Shown: positions 25,501 to 34,262 of the stretch, one piece after another
Numbering within the stretch: position 1 is the stretch's first letter
How the letters are laid out: every line of letters begins with the position of its first letter
Origin: a candidate division Kazan bacterium
GTDB lineage: Bacteria; Patescibacteriota; Kazan-3B-28
Assembly (NCBI GenBank): GCA_003647645.1
Contig: QMNG01000002.1
Coordinates: forward strand, 65,151-129,150
Length of the DNA: 64,000 nucleotides
Direction of reading: 5' to 3'
Program-made: the position numbers and the translations under genes
Notes under the pieces: generated by a model
Seen by the model: only the letters and a program-made list of their open reading frames with translations
What the model was told of the DNA's origin: nothing
Databases searched by the model: none

Positions 25501-27470
25501 ATCCGCCTGAAATTATATTTAGTCACACCGGCGGTTTCGATGAGCTGAATAAGAGCCAGTTCTATAGTTTTGACATTAATGTCGGCAGCGAATATGCAGG
25601 CGCACTGATTGATCTTTTTGTCGTCGAAGGTGAAGGCGTTCTGCAACAAACTTCTGTAACTGCTGATGCCAATGGCTACGCAACTTTTAGATACACAACG
25701 GGCCCAGCCGCTGGAATCGAAAAGATTAGAGCCACCATTGCCAATGGACAAATTAGCAAGGAACTTTGGCTGACTGTTAAACACCCCATAGATTTATACA
25801 CGGTTGAGGTTAAAGTTGAACCCGATTCCCTTACCAGCGACAATCAATTTTCGATCATTAAGGCGCGGCTGACAAGTAATGAGACCGGCAGGCCAATAAC
25901 CGGGACTGAGCTGAGCTTTAGCTTTTCAAATAATGACAGTGGCACATTGCATCAGCCATTCTATGACAGCACGACCGGGATTGTTCAGGCTCTATATGAG
26001 GCCGGAGCTGACGGCAGAGACGCTGAGATACTGGTTGAGGCCAAATATCTGTCCAATCTGGTTATAAAACGAATTTCGATCGCCAATAATTTTGTCTACG
26101 GTGATCCGGGCATCATCTTCAACGATTCTGATTTAACGATATTAAGCGATACCGAGCTTACGCTTGGACATGTCAATGTCAGCGATAATGCCGAGGTTGG
26201 CTTCTGGATATTTAGGGTGATAACCGTTTTTGGCGACGTTACAGAAACATATGACTACTTGTTTGAAGTGCGCCCCAAAATTGTAGAAGGTGAAGGATTT
26301 ATTAACTACATCAGTCCTTCAGTCGGCCATCGGGGCATGGGTAACTTATCAGTTAATATTACTGGAATCAACACCTGGTTTAATGCCGTGGAAAACCCGA
26401 CTGTCCGGTTTACTCCAATAGACGCCGGTCAGGAATCTGGCATTCAGGTTGTCTCAGTTTCGGTTGTCGATGATTTTGATCTAACCGCCGATATAAACAT
26501 AGCCGACAATGCTGGTGTAGGATACTGGAATGTAGAAGTTGTCATCGGCAGCTATGTGTATGAAATGCCCGGTGACTTCGATTTCTTAATTGTGCCAGAC
26601 GACCCTTCGGGTTACTTTATGAATCTTGTGGTCGGCACGTACGGCGCTGGCTGGGAACCGGGTAGCCTGCCGGCCAATGGGACAGCCACTCTTAATTTAA
26701 CCGTTGCAGTCAAAAAATTTGATGTTTGGGAAAATTCGGAATACGCACTGACAGATGCAACAATTAATTCATCTATTGTTGAAGGTACGGGTGAGCTGAC
26801 GCCAATCAGCCGGCTGACCACTGGTGGCCAAGCTGCATTCACCTACCAAGCCGATACTGTTCAGGGTAATGTAGAAACATTATTCGAAAGCACAATCACT
26901 GACGAGCTTGTTGAGGGTGGTGAAGTTAATCTTGAAGCTGCTGCTACCCTCGCTAAGTTGGCCACACAAATTACATTTGATATTACTGTTCCCCTTGAAC
27001 ACAGCCGATACAACTACCGCGACAGCGCAGAGATTCGAGTAGTGGTCATAAAGGACGGCAGCTCAGTCCCGATTATAGATGACAAATTTAGGATAGATGC
27101 GAACGACAAGATCATTGGTCTGCCCAGTGTTTATGTTAGTCCCAGTGTGGAATATCACATTTGGGTAGATCCGCCCAATCATTTGGCCGTAGGGGCCACA
27201 TTTGCTGCGCCGGCGACCAGCCAGACTGTCTCTCCTGCCCTCACCTCGTACTACGGTACCCGTCTGTCATACATTGGGGATATAAACACGGGTGAACGCA
27301 ACAATAGCATTAATGCTTTTGACTATCAGGCGTTTCTTAATCAGATGTTTAAGAATCTGCTTTCCCCCTCCGCTGACTTTAATGGTGATGGCTATGTCAA
27401 TATCCTCGATTGGCCGGCCTTATTTAATAATTATTGGAAACAGGGCTATGTGGCGCCGTTTTCCGACTAA
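22512..27470 (+). CDS. Giant membrane-anchored surface protein: Kelch-like propeller + Ig-like (Big/invasin-type) repeats + C-terminal dockerin-like module
   Basis: 1652 aa with an N-terminal TM helix (FILGAIGVFVLVGVVAFSS). Repeated hhYhhGG blades (WLYSIGGLD, FIYAIAGD, LLYVIGGIYG, GIYVTGGA, VIYRLGGEE). Ig-like strands such as DENGIAEIFVRS, DANGYATFRYTTGPAAGIEKIRATI, TGGQAAFTYQAD. C-terminal DINTGERNNSINAFDY ... DFNGDGYVNILDW. Confidence 0.8.
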   Translation: MPSLIDRIKNWFLIPRNRYRFILGAIGVFVLVGVVAFSSQIGNLLSLFGSRAFQPSDIRWQAGPGIEEGGGNPQSIVVSANDGSWLYSIGGLDAAGGHRKNSVYRMKLDENGLPGEWEGSGQGVPQMNFQRAGHRLVEHNGFIYAIAGDIHISETPEVDPNSHIIAKVFPLAYSTIERLDANDPSASWEIFARLTGVHFFPEVLLDGDLLYVIGGIYGKVAGMGGFEEVANSDIFNNKPVIGDGLNGVPLTVSAFGTDGFEQKLSQSVTNGTFVTTVSERYEINLATNPLSYVVAELGLDGGDVCKTSSDDNTKCLMDWNWISARVVGAEMKMGHLRFKLFGDGGFAPVPVDVKPLPQGRYGHKIFKSGSGIYVTGGAVWAGPMRFPAAFPHPEPAVVYPFWPIGDTTFPKTYNGGDDSLTYWNNDFVGNTTYRWNGSVWADWVGTGPEAEAKNRHLDGKYSLKVSVSQGLDDPPVISGLAFIGLGSFDSSASNSTNKLVVGGIRNTKNHLSATSDDLLFHSTVHYYMELDGVSDSFTFSVASGWTPAGNYGYKHFGIDVVDLGSKAVGFGGQPLSYSYPGKDGRIIKGWPQWPLGSKAGETDTQIFNGADWSLSGSHTADRVATAAVVYNSGGDEAVIYRLGGEEITDPWPPKLWTMLEHTDPLTIFNVPDLNTSKFKFVPVDEDGTVRIGGDNHDMAAVIFQLNDFENNPMPGISVGISTENNEDLDLIEKCIPQYSETWGWYCPEGGWFSGSNQNILGTTDENGIAEIFVRSKAVIGESEYPDGPIVHDIVGFWIVGGNTPDNPTGEHLFGDLQLSRKWTPFEPNSGVYFLDENGRPETSRVRQVLSDNNDFAEIEVLLKDGNPITPRPANFYDEYIKLASTHLITVLQTDPPNNLPTADGSARFRVKSGASGTAEIYAWYKPVVFVGVGETEWWTDYTPWISLSDYDLTIQFAGQPGTLTPDSAVQGDQIGTLAANGNATRWLQGDTTVKFINPPEIIFSHTGGFDELNKSQFYSFDINVGSEYAGALIDLFVVEGEGVLQQTSVTADANGYATFRYTTGPAAGIEKIRATIANGQISKELWLTVKHPIDLYTVEVKVEPDSLTSDNQFSIIKARLTSNETGRPITGTELSFSFSNNDSGTLHQPFYDSTTGIVQALYEAGADGRDAEILVEAKYLSNLVIKRISIANNFVYGDPGIIFNDSDLTILSDTELTLGHVNVSDNAEVGFWIFRVITVFGDVTETYDYLFEVRPKIVEGEGFINYISPSVGHRGMGNLSVNITGINTWFNAVENPTVRFTPIDAGQESGIQVVSVSVVDDFDLTADINIADNAGVGYWNVEVVIGSYVYEMPGDFDFLIVPDDPSGYFMNLVVGTYGAGWEPGSLPANGTATLNLTVAVKKFDVWENSEYALTDATINSSIVEGTGELTPISRLTTGGQAAFTYQADTVQGNVETLFESTITDELVEGGEVNLEAAATLAKLATQITFDITVPLEHSRYNYRDSAEIRVVVIKDGSSVPIIDDKFRIDANDKIIGLPSVYVSPSVEYHIWVDPPNHLAVGATFAAPATSQTVSPALTSYYGTRLSYIGDINTGERNNSINAFDYQAFLNQMFKNLLSPSADFNGDGYVNILDWPALFNNYWKQGYVAPFSD

Positions 27471-27507
27471 ATAATATTCGCAAACCAATCTAAAAACCAA
27501 AACAAAA

Positions 27508-29274
27508 ATGAAAAGTAAAAAAGTTAACCTGGCTTTTTTGTCCATCACTCTGCTGGTTGTGGGGGGGTTGGTTTGGGCGGGTGCTTGGTACATAAAGTCA
27601 AATAATAAATTGTCAGTTGCGATCAGTGCCTTTAAAGCGCCATCCACGGAAAAATTGGTTGGTCTTGATGAACTTCCCCCTTCGAATATTGTCCGGCCGT
27701 TTGTGGTTGGAGATGATGTCTATACTTTGGAACTGACTTTTGATAAGCGATATATCAGTCCGCTGCCCAGATCTTCTATCAAGGGGACAGTCCGGCTTCT
27801 TAAAAACGGGAAAGTTATCAACCAGATTCCTTCGCAGCTGACCGGAACAAACAGAGTTGAGAAGTTTGGCCAGCCAGCCAGAACTAAGATTGATCCTACA
27901 AAAATCCAACTCAATTTAACTAAGTTAAATCAGAACATACATCCCAATGTTAAGTTTTTGATCAACGGCGAAGAGCCACAGGGAGTATGCGATTATACGG
28001 CTCTCGATGAGTCCTTCCGTTCTGTTGTCAATCCGTATGCTTCCTACAGTCAAATTGGCTTTGGGGCGCAACCTCAGGCGGTGTCCACCATTCAATCGTA
28101 TGTTGTATCAGCCCAAGCACTCAATGAAGGTCGTAATCTTAAGTATGGTCAACTGGATATCAGCAGCGGTCAAGCTGAGTTTGAATATGTTTTTGATGGC
28201 AAACGTATCCTCCCTTATCTCGAGTTTGAGCTTGGCACTGAACGCGGAGAGCTGTTAACCAGTCAGTCGGTTTTCTTTGAAGACCAAAAGCAATCTAGAG
28301 TTACAGTTCCAGATATCAACCGCCAGCTAAAGGGCTCCGATATATACTACGATATGGTCTTTTCTGAAAGTCGGCTTAATCTTAAAGATGAACAAACTTT
28401 CGATATTGAAATTACTTCGCGGGATACTAACAGCGGTGAAATCAACACAAATCCATTCCAGCGAGTTATACTCACACTTATTCCGCCCGCGCAGATATTT
28501 GAATTGGAGGAGATTAGACAAGAAACACGATATGATGGATCTTCTGAGTTGGCGCAGTTCTTTTATGGACATGTCAATCTAATTAGACCGGGACATTTCA
28601 TACACACGGATGAGCTGGCCGACTATTATGGGGCTATGGTCGGTCGTTATATTCCTCACCGCTCAATGTTTCCCAATAGTCGTCTCTACTATACCAACGA
28701 CTGCGAAATCGACCAGTCGTTTGCCGTTGAGCTTGATCTAATCGACGGTTATGGACGGGTTGAGTTTTCCTACTCCGGTAGCCAGGAGTGGCTGCCGTAC
28801 CTGACGTTTCTAGTCCAGCCGACCAACTACTTTTTTGAGTACGCCGGATGGCAGGATGGCGAACCTCCACATCAGGGTGCATTTAGCGGAATTTACCTGG
28901 GAAGCTTATCACTGTATGAGCAAGAAGGAATATTAGGCGATATTAAATCGATGTATCGTGAAACAGAAGATATCATTTATCCCCCGCTGGTGGATGAATC
29001 GGGCAATGATGTTCATGCTTGCCCCAATTTTACTTGGGCTACATCGCGACAAGGTTGCTACAAACTTTACGGAAATGATTGGATGGATGAAGATGAATTT
29101 CAGCAGTTTATAAATAGTGTTTATACAATAGCCAGTCTGCCAATCGGTTCAGTATCGTTGTCATCTTCTTTGAGTATTTGGTGGTGGTTCATATTGTTAC
29201 AGATATTTATTGGGCTTGGCGGCGGTTTGATCCTGAGACAAAAAATAAAATTACCAAATGGAAAAAATAAATAA
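27508..29274 (+). CDS. Bitopic surface-module protein, paralog 1 (unassigned family)
   Basis: 588 aa with N-terminal and C-terminal TM helices. Shares family motifs YTLELTFDKRYISPLPRSSIKGTVRLL, SGQAEFEYVFDGKRILPYLEFEL, FEDQKQS, YYDMVF, GEINTNPFQRV, ELDLIDGYGRVEFSY, VQPTNY, WMDEDE, VYTIASLPI. Confidence 0.8.
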   Translation: MKSKKVNLAFLSITLLVVGGLVWAGAWYIKSNNKLSVAISAFKAPSTEKLVGLDELPPSNIVRPFVVGDDVYTLELTFDKRYISPLPRSSIKGTVRLLKNGKVINQIPSQLTGTNRVEKFGQPARTKIDPTKIQLNLTKLNQNIHPNVKFLINGEEPQGVCDYTALDESFRSVVNPYASYSQIGFGAQPQAVSTIQSYVVSAQALNEGRNLKYGQLDISSGQAEFEYVFDGKRILPYLEFELGTERGELLTSQSVFFEDQKQSRVTVPDINRQLKGSDIYYDMVFSESRLNLKDEQTFDIEITSRDTNSGEINTNPFQRVILTLIPPAQIFELEEIRQETRYDGSSELAQFFYGHVNLIRPGHFIHTDELADYYGAMVGRYIPHRSMFPNSRLYYTNDCEIDQSFAVELDLIDGYGRVEFSYSGSQEWLPYLTFLVQPTNYFFEYAGWQDGEPPHQGAFSGIYLGSLSLYEQEGILGDIKSMYRETEDIIYPPLVDESGNDVHACPNFTWATSRQGCYKLYGNDWMDEDEFQQFINSVYTIASLPIGSVSLSSSLSIWWWFILLQIFIGLGGGLILRQKIKLPNGKNK

Positions 29275-30835
29275 ACAAATCTTAAATCGCAAACCATTCC
29301 CATGGTCCAAAATTGGGCTGGTTGGATTAATACTTGCATTTAGCATTACGCTGCTGTTTTGGTGGTTGAAGCCATTCTCGTTCTCCGGCCGTGCCGGCTG
29401 TGTCGTAGATGATAAATCAAAAATCTATGCGACTGCTCCCAAAGTTGCCCATATGTATGAGGGCGAGCTACTTGAATATCCACTATTAGACGACGGCAGT
29501 TTTGTTCCCTCCAACACTGTTATAAAGCACCAAGCCGTCGGTCATGAGTATGCGTTGCGGGTTTCCTTCGAAAAACCGTACATCAGCCCGGTCCCCGGTT
29601 CGTCAATTAAGGGCGAAATCCAGCTGTTAATGGACGGCAGGCCCATTATTAATATTCCCAGAGATAGTTCCGGCAACCTGAACTTGAAGTTGCCGCAAAT
29701 CGCAGTTCATATTGACGGAGTTGGCATTCAATCAAAAATTAGTTATCTCGGTCAATCCAACAATATTGTAGTTTCTTCTACACACAACCCTTTTCCCATA
29801 ACTCAGATTTATTCGCCCCAAGCTGACCCTCTGCCAAATGTGACTATGATTGGCAGCCGCTTGCAGGGATATAAAGCTAGCTATATAGATCTTTCACGCG
29901 GAAAGGCAGAGATTGAACTTTTCTATTTTGGCGAGAGAACTGCCCCGTATATTTCACTGAGGTTCAATGATCGTTTTTCCTCAATGGCAACTACAAAAAT
30001 TTTATGTTTTGAAGATCAGGCAAATCCAAGAGTCAGTTCTCCCAAAATCGATACCCAAGCCAAGGGTGAGTTCTATTACGATGTGTCAGTAGTCCCCGCT
30101 TCTTTGCAGTCAGGCCATCAGCAGGACATTAAGATAAGTATTGTCGCCAGGAATTCAAGAACAGGACGTGTTGACACTAACCCCTATCAACGGGTTAATA
30201 TCTGGGCGTATCCGCTTATAAAGCCGGAGATTCGCAGCCGCAGTTCTTCAATCAGCCAATCCGGTCCCGGAGTGAGATTTCTTCGAGAGCCTCGCGGGGT
30301 ATTTATTCTTGAAGATACCCATAACCCCAAAATCAGTAAGCTGCAAATTAAACAAGCCGCCGAAAACAACGGCGATAACAACGGATTGGAGCTTGATTTA
30401 ATCAAGGGGCGCGGAACAGCTTATTTCAATTATGGTGGCACCGATCAACTTCCCTCTACTCCTCTTACATTCGTTGTTCAGCCAACTAATTATGCCATTG
30501 ATAGTGCGGTGTCAGCGAACGGTAATGTAATGCCGCATCGGCTCGAAGCTAAGATCGAGTATCCCAGTAAACCGGCAGATTTCATTCAGGGCCCAGCCGG
30601 CAACCGTCAAGTTATTAGCTCTAGCTTTCTGTACCGAAATTGGATGGACGATGATTCTCTCAGATATGCCGTGTACACGATCAAATCATTGAACATTGGC
30701 GGTCCCAAAATAAGTTTAGAGCCCAATGTTTGGTTCTGGATCCTTGTTAGCCAAATAAGCAAACTTATATTTGCCGGCGGATTAATCTGGTTGCTGGTAA
30801 GGAAACATAGAAATAAATATGAAACGAGCAACTAA
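29258..30835 (+). CDS. Bitopic surface-module protein, paralog 2
   Basis: 525 aa. Same motif order (YALRVSFEKPYISPVPGSSIKGEIQLL, YSPQA, RGKAEIELFYFGERTAPYISL, YYDVSV, TNPYQRV, LELDLIKGRGTAYFNY, VQPTNY, WMDDDS). N- and C-terminal TM helices. 17-nt overlap with paralog 1. Confidence 0.8.
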   Translation: MEKINKQILNRKPFPWSKIGLVGLILAFSITLLFWWLKPFSFSGRAGCVVDDKSKIYATAPKVAHMYEGELLEYPLLDDGSFVPSNTVIKHQAVGHEYALRVSFEKPYISPVPGSSIKGEIQLLMDGRPIINIPRDSSGNLNLKLPQIAVHIDGVGIQSKISYLGQSNNIVVSSTHNPFPITQIYSPQADPLPNVTMIGSRLQGYKASYIDLSRGKAEIELFYFGERTAPYISLRFNDRFSSMATTKILCFEDQANPRVSSPKIDTQAKGEFYYDVSVVPASLQSGHQQDIKISIVARNSRTGRVDTNPYQRVNIWAYPLIKPEIRSRSSSISQSGPGVRFLREPRGVFILEDTHNPKISKLQIKQAAENNGDNNGLELDLIKGRGTAYFNYGGTDQLPSTPLTFVVQPTNYAIDSAVSANGNVMPHRLEAKIEYPSKPADFIQGPAGNRQVISSSFLYRNWMDDDSLRYAVYTIKSLNIGGPKISLEPNVWFWILVSQISKLIFAGGLIWLLVRKHRNKYETSN

Positions 30836-33800
30836 CAAATACTTACCTAGGCCACGGCTGATGCTGCCACAAGCCCAAAGGTCCAACCTCAGTTGGATAG
30901 CGATCGGATTGGGCGTAGCCGCCTTGGCGGTGATCATCTGGGTGCTGCTGTTGCCACCCCGGTTAACCCCTCCCCCGGTTCACATTTACGATGGTGAAAA
31001 TATACGCTATGAGCTGCGTCGGGGCACCTATGTTCAAGTTGACGAAACTAGAACTGCCAGCGTTGGGTTGGCTGAATATAGTTTGGAATTAAATTTTGAC
31101 AAACAACAGATTAGTCCGATGATTGGCTCCAGTCTCAAAGGCACTATTCAATTGTTAAATAATGGTGTGTCGGTTGACCAAATGCCGGAGTCGCTCTGGT
31201 CCCAAGTATCCAAAAGTGAGACTCCAACTCCCAGAGTTTATTTGAAAACCTATGGGGTCTATGGCTGGGGATGTTCAACCTACCAGCCACAGATGGCAAT
31301 TCTTGGTGAAACTGAATCGGGTCAATTAGCGGCCAAGGGCTTAAGTTCGTCGCTAAAGACTGACTGGGATGCGTGCGGGCCAACAACTAAATATATTTCC
31401 ATCAAAAGGTACAAAACCCCCGATCTATCTTCGTATATTTACTCTCCGCAGGCGATTCAGGTTTTGGATGAAAAAAATAATCTAGTTTCGACTTATCTTG
31501 ATCTCAGCCAAGGCCAAGCTGAATTTGAGTTTGTATATCAGGGCGGACGTTATGCTCCCTATTTGGAGTTTGAAATATTCAATTCGCTGCAGCAGGATAT
31601 CTACACTCGCAAAATTGTTCCATTTCAGGACCAAAAACAATCAGTAATTGACGTAGCCGATCCAACGATTCAAAAGGGCAGAATTAACTATCAGGTTGAA
31701 TTTAGCAGCGAGGCGTTGACTGCTGAACAGGAAGAAACTATTCGGATAGATATTACGGCTCTTGACAGTGCAACTGGCGAAGTTCACGATCTTCCCTACC
31801 AGCGCGTGAAAGTGTGGGCCTATCCTTTGGCATACTATGTCAAGTACACTCAGCGTTCGTTTGTGCCTTTTGACTCTCTGTTTGTTGAAAAAGGAATTCT
31901 GGAGCAGCCGGGTGAATTTATTGGAGATCTGACAAATGGCAAAGTTGATGATGCCATTGTTGATTCTAACAACAGGCATAAGACATTGCTCTATGACAAA
32001 GGCGAGTATATTGAGGCTGACTTGATAGACGGTAAAACTAGTGTTTATTTCAAGTACAACGGCAAGTACCGCCAGTCTCCCCATTTAGCATTTGTGGTCC
32101 AGCCCGCCAATTACGATTATGAATACACTATTGAAAAGCTTCAGAAATTTGGTGGCGATGTTTTTTCTGGAAAGCAGTTTATTTATCCGGCTGCTCCTCT
32201 TACCACGCCTAGATATTCAACCGAAATGCCTCCTCGTCCCGACTGGCCGGACGATATAGAAGATATTGAATTTTTGAAGGGAATTGATTCGGACTACGTA
32301 TTTTTGTATGAACAATGGCAGCGTAATGATGCTGTGGTCAACGAAAATTATTCAGTAACAACTTTGCCGATTAAGATCCCCAAAGGGACGGCAGAAAAAA
32401 TAAACTGGCTGTTTATTTGGCGCAGCTGGATGTGGTTGGTAGCTCCGGCTATTGCTGCTGCAGTTGGCCTCATTTTGTTTTATATTGCCCGCCGCCGCAA
32501 AGTTAATATTTTCAGCCAACGCGGCAAACGGATCGCCGCCAATCCACGAATTGGGCATCTCTCTCTTTTGTCCAAACGCGGAGTAATTGCTGTTGCGTTT
32601 GTGGCCGCTGCGGCAATACTGGTTTTTGCAATGGTGGTAAACTACGACACTAGTTTGGCTGAACTGCCTGATGCCGGGCTTAAGGACAGTTTTCCCCCGG
32701 CTAACCAACAGCAAGCAGGCCCTAGCTCTGGTTATCGATTGGATATTAGTTTTGAGAACGATATTCTTAATCCTTATCCGGGTGGCATATCCAAGGGTGT
32801 TGTTCGGGTGCTGGATGCCAACGGTCAAATCTTGCCGGTGGACGGAACAGTTAGTTTGGTCGAGGGAGTAATTGATTTTGATTTTAATATCCGTGAGACT
32901 CGTCCAGTTTTGCGCCAAACCGACAGGCGCAGCAACTACGGTGAAATTCGTGGTTTAGAAAGTATTCGCCGGGAAATTATTGATCCCGCTGTAATTGAAT
33001 TAGTTAAAGAAGAAAATAACTCTGCAGGGATATTGGAAGGCATCCTTGAGAACAATACAGATTTAATTGGCGGGGATCAGGCAGCCGATGCTGTTCGGGA
33101 TATTATTGGTACGCTTACCGACATTATTGATGAGTACTACGTTATTCCAGTTGAAGTAAAACCCAGCACCGATTTCTGGGAGCCGGGCTGCTCTGTCGAT
33201 GTATTTTCGGGCCGTGTTAAATGTAGCGAAGTGCTGCTGCTTCATAATGGCGTAGCTGAGTTTGAATATATCAGCCACGGGGTCCGGTATCCTTACACAA
33301 CCTTCTCAGTTATGGCCCGTGAGGTTCCCTCCCAACATCTAAAGATCTATAACCAAATTAATTATGAGTCGTATGCGCCAGGTCTGGCCATAGACAACGA
33401 GGAAGCGGCCAGTGCCTATCGGCTCGCCTCGTGGGGCATTGACAGAGATTTCAGACAGTATCAGGAAGACCTTGCCCGAAATGATTACTCGTTGCCTCCT
33501 GCCTCAGTTTGGACGCTTAAATCAGTTCCTTTCGGCCGATATCAGGATTTTACTCCTCCGCTTCCCGCTGATGATTCCATCCAAACCAAAGTGGATTATT
33601 ACTATGAAATTAAATCCAGTGTCGCTAAGCCCGAGTTAACCGAGGGAAACCGTTTCCAAATCACCATTGTACCCCGGGCTTTGGCCGGCAGATCGGTTCC
33701 CAGCAATATATCTAATCGCGCCATACTAACTATTTTGCCAAGCTATGATCCTGTGGATGACAATAGTGATGATGCGACTGATGTGAAAATATACGCCGCC

Positions 33801-34262
33801 AAGCTGGCCAAGCCGGGGAGCGGCGAATTGGTCGAGGAAATTAAATTGGTCCTTACTGATAAGCCAGTTACTGTCGATCTTGAGTTTACCGGGGAGGCGT
33901 CAATCCTTCCTTACCTCAAATTTAATCTTAAAGTGTTCGGAGTTGAAGGGTATCCGGAATACATGAAATTTGATGATCAAATATATAAAGATTCAATTCC
34001 ACAAGCAACACTAAATACAGTGATTCGGAACCAATCGCCTTATTATCGCGTTGAGAGTCCGGAAATTATGACTATTAGCGCGTCGGTTCCCCTGCGGACG
34101 GCCAATCTTTGGGGAGTTATTAAATCGTCTGATGTTTATCATTTTGGCTGGTGGTTCATTGCCTCACAAATTATTCAAATACTTGCTGCCGGTATGATGA
34201 TTATAATCTTTAGAAAACGTCGGCGCAGCCGCCCGAGATCGAACCATGAAAAAGAAAAATAA
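30819..34262 (+). CDS. Double-module surface protein (fusion of two paralog units), paralog 3a+3b
   Basis: 1147 aa. The first half has the full motif set (YSLELNFDKQQISPMIGSSLKGTIQLL, YSPQA, QGQAEFEFVYQGGRYAPYLEFE, LPYQRVKVWAYPL, VVQPANY). A central TM-loop-TM hairpin lies at about nt 32398-32645. The second half is a more divergent module (YRLDISFENDILNPYPGGISKGVVRVL, NGVAEFEYISHG, YYYEI) ending in the family C-terminal anchor. Confidence 0.8.
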   Translation: MKRATNKYLPRPRLMLPQAQRSNLSWIAIGLGVAALAVIIWVLLLPPRLTPPPVHIYDGENIRYELRRGTYVQVDETRTASVGLAEYSLELNFDKQQISPMIGSSLKGTIQLLNNGVSVDQMPESLWSQVSKSETPTPRVYLKTYGVYGWGCSTYQPQMAILGETESGQLAAKGLSSSLKTDWDACGPTTKYISIKRYKTPDLSSYIYSPQAIQVLDEKNNLVSTYLDLSQGQAEFEFVYQGGRYAPYLEFEIFNSLQQDIYTRKIVPFQDQKQSVIDVADPTIQKGRINYQVEFSSEALTAEQEETIRIDITALDSATGEVHDLPYQRVKVWAYPLAYYVKYTQRSFVPFDSLFVEKGILEQPGEFIGDLTNGKVDDAIVDSNNRHKTLLYDKGEYIEADLIDGKTSVYFKYNGKYRQSPHLAFVVQPANYDYEYTIEKLQKFGGDVFSGKQFIYPAAPLTTPRYSTEMPPRPDWPDDIEDIEFLKGIDSDYVFLYEQWQRNDAVVNENYSVTTLPIKIPKGTAEKINWLFIWRSWMWLVAPAIAAAVGLILFYIARRRKVNIFSQRGKRIAANPRIGHLSLLSKRGVIAVAFVAAAAILVFAMVVNYDTSLAELPDAGLKDSFPPANQQQAGPSSGYRLDISFENDILNPYPGGISKGVVRVLDANGQILPVDGTVSLVEGVIDFDFNIRETRPVLRQTDRRSNYGEIRGLESIRREIIDPAVIELVKEENNSAGILEGILENNTDLIGGDQAADAVRDIIGTLTDIIDEYYVIPVEVKPSTDFWEPGCSVDVFSGRVKCSEVLLLHNGVAEFEYISHGVRYPYTTFSVMAREVPSQHLKIYNQINYESYAPGLAIDNEEAASAYRLASWGIDRDFRQYQEDLARNDYSLPPASVWTLKSVPFGRYQDFTPPLPADDSIQTKVDYYYEIKSSVAKPELTEGNRFQITIVPRALAGRSVPSNISNRAILTILPSYDPVDDNSDDATDVKIYAAKLAKPGSGELVEEIKLVLTDKPVTVDLEFTGEASILPYLKFNLKVFGVEGYPEYMKFDDQIYKDSIPQATLNTVIRNQSPYYRVESPEIMTISASVPLRTANLWGVIKSSDVYHFGWWFIASQIIQILAAGMMIIIFRKRRRSRPRSNHEKEK

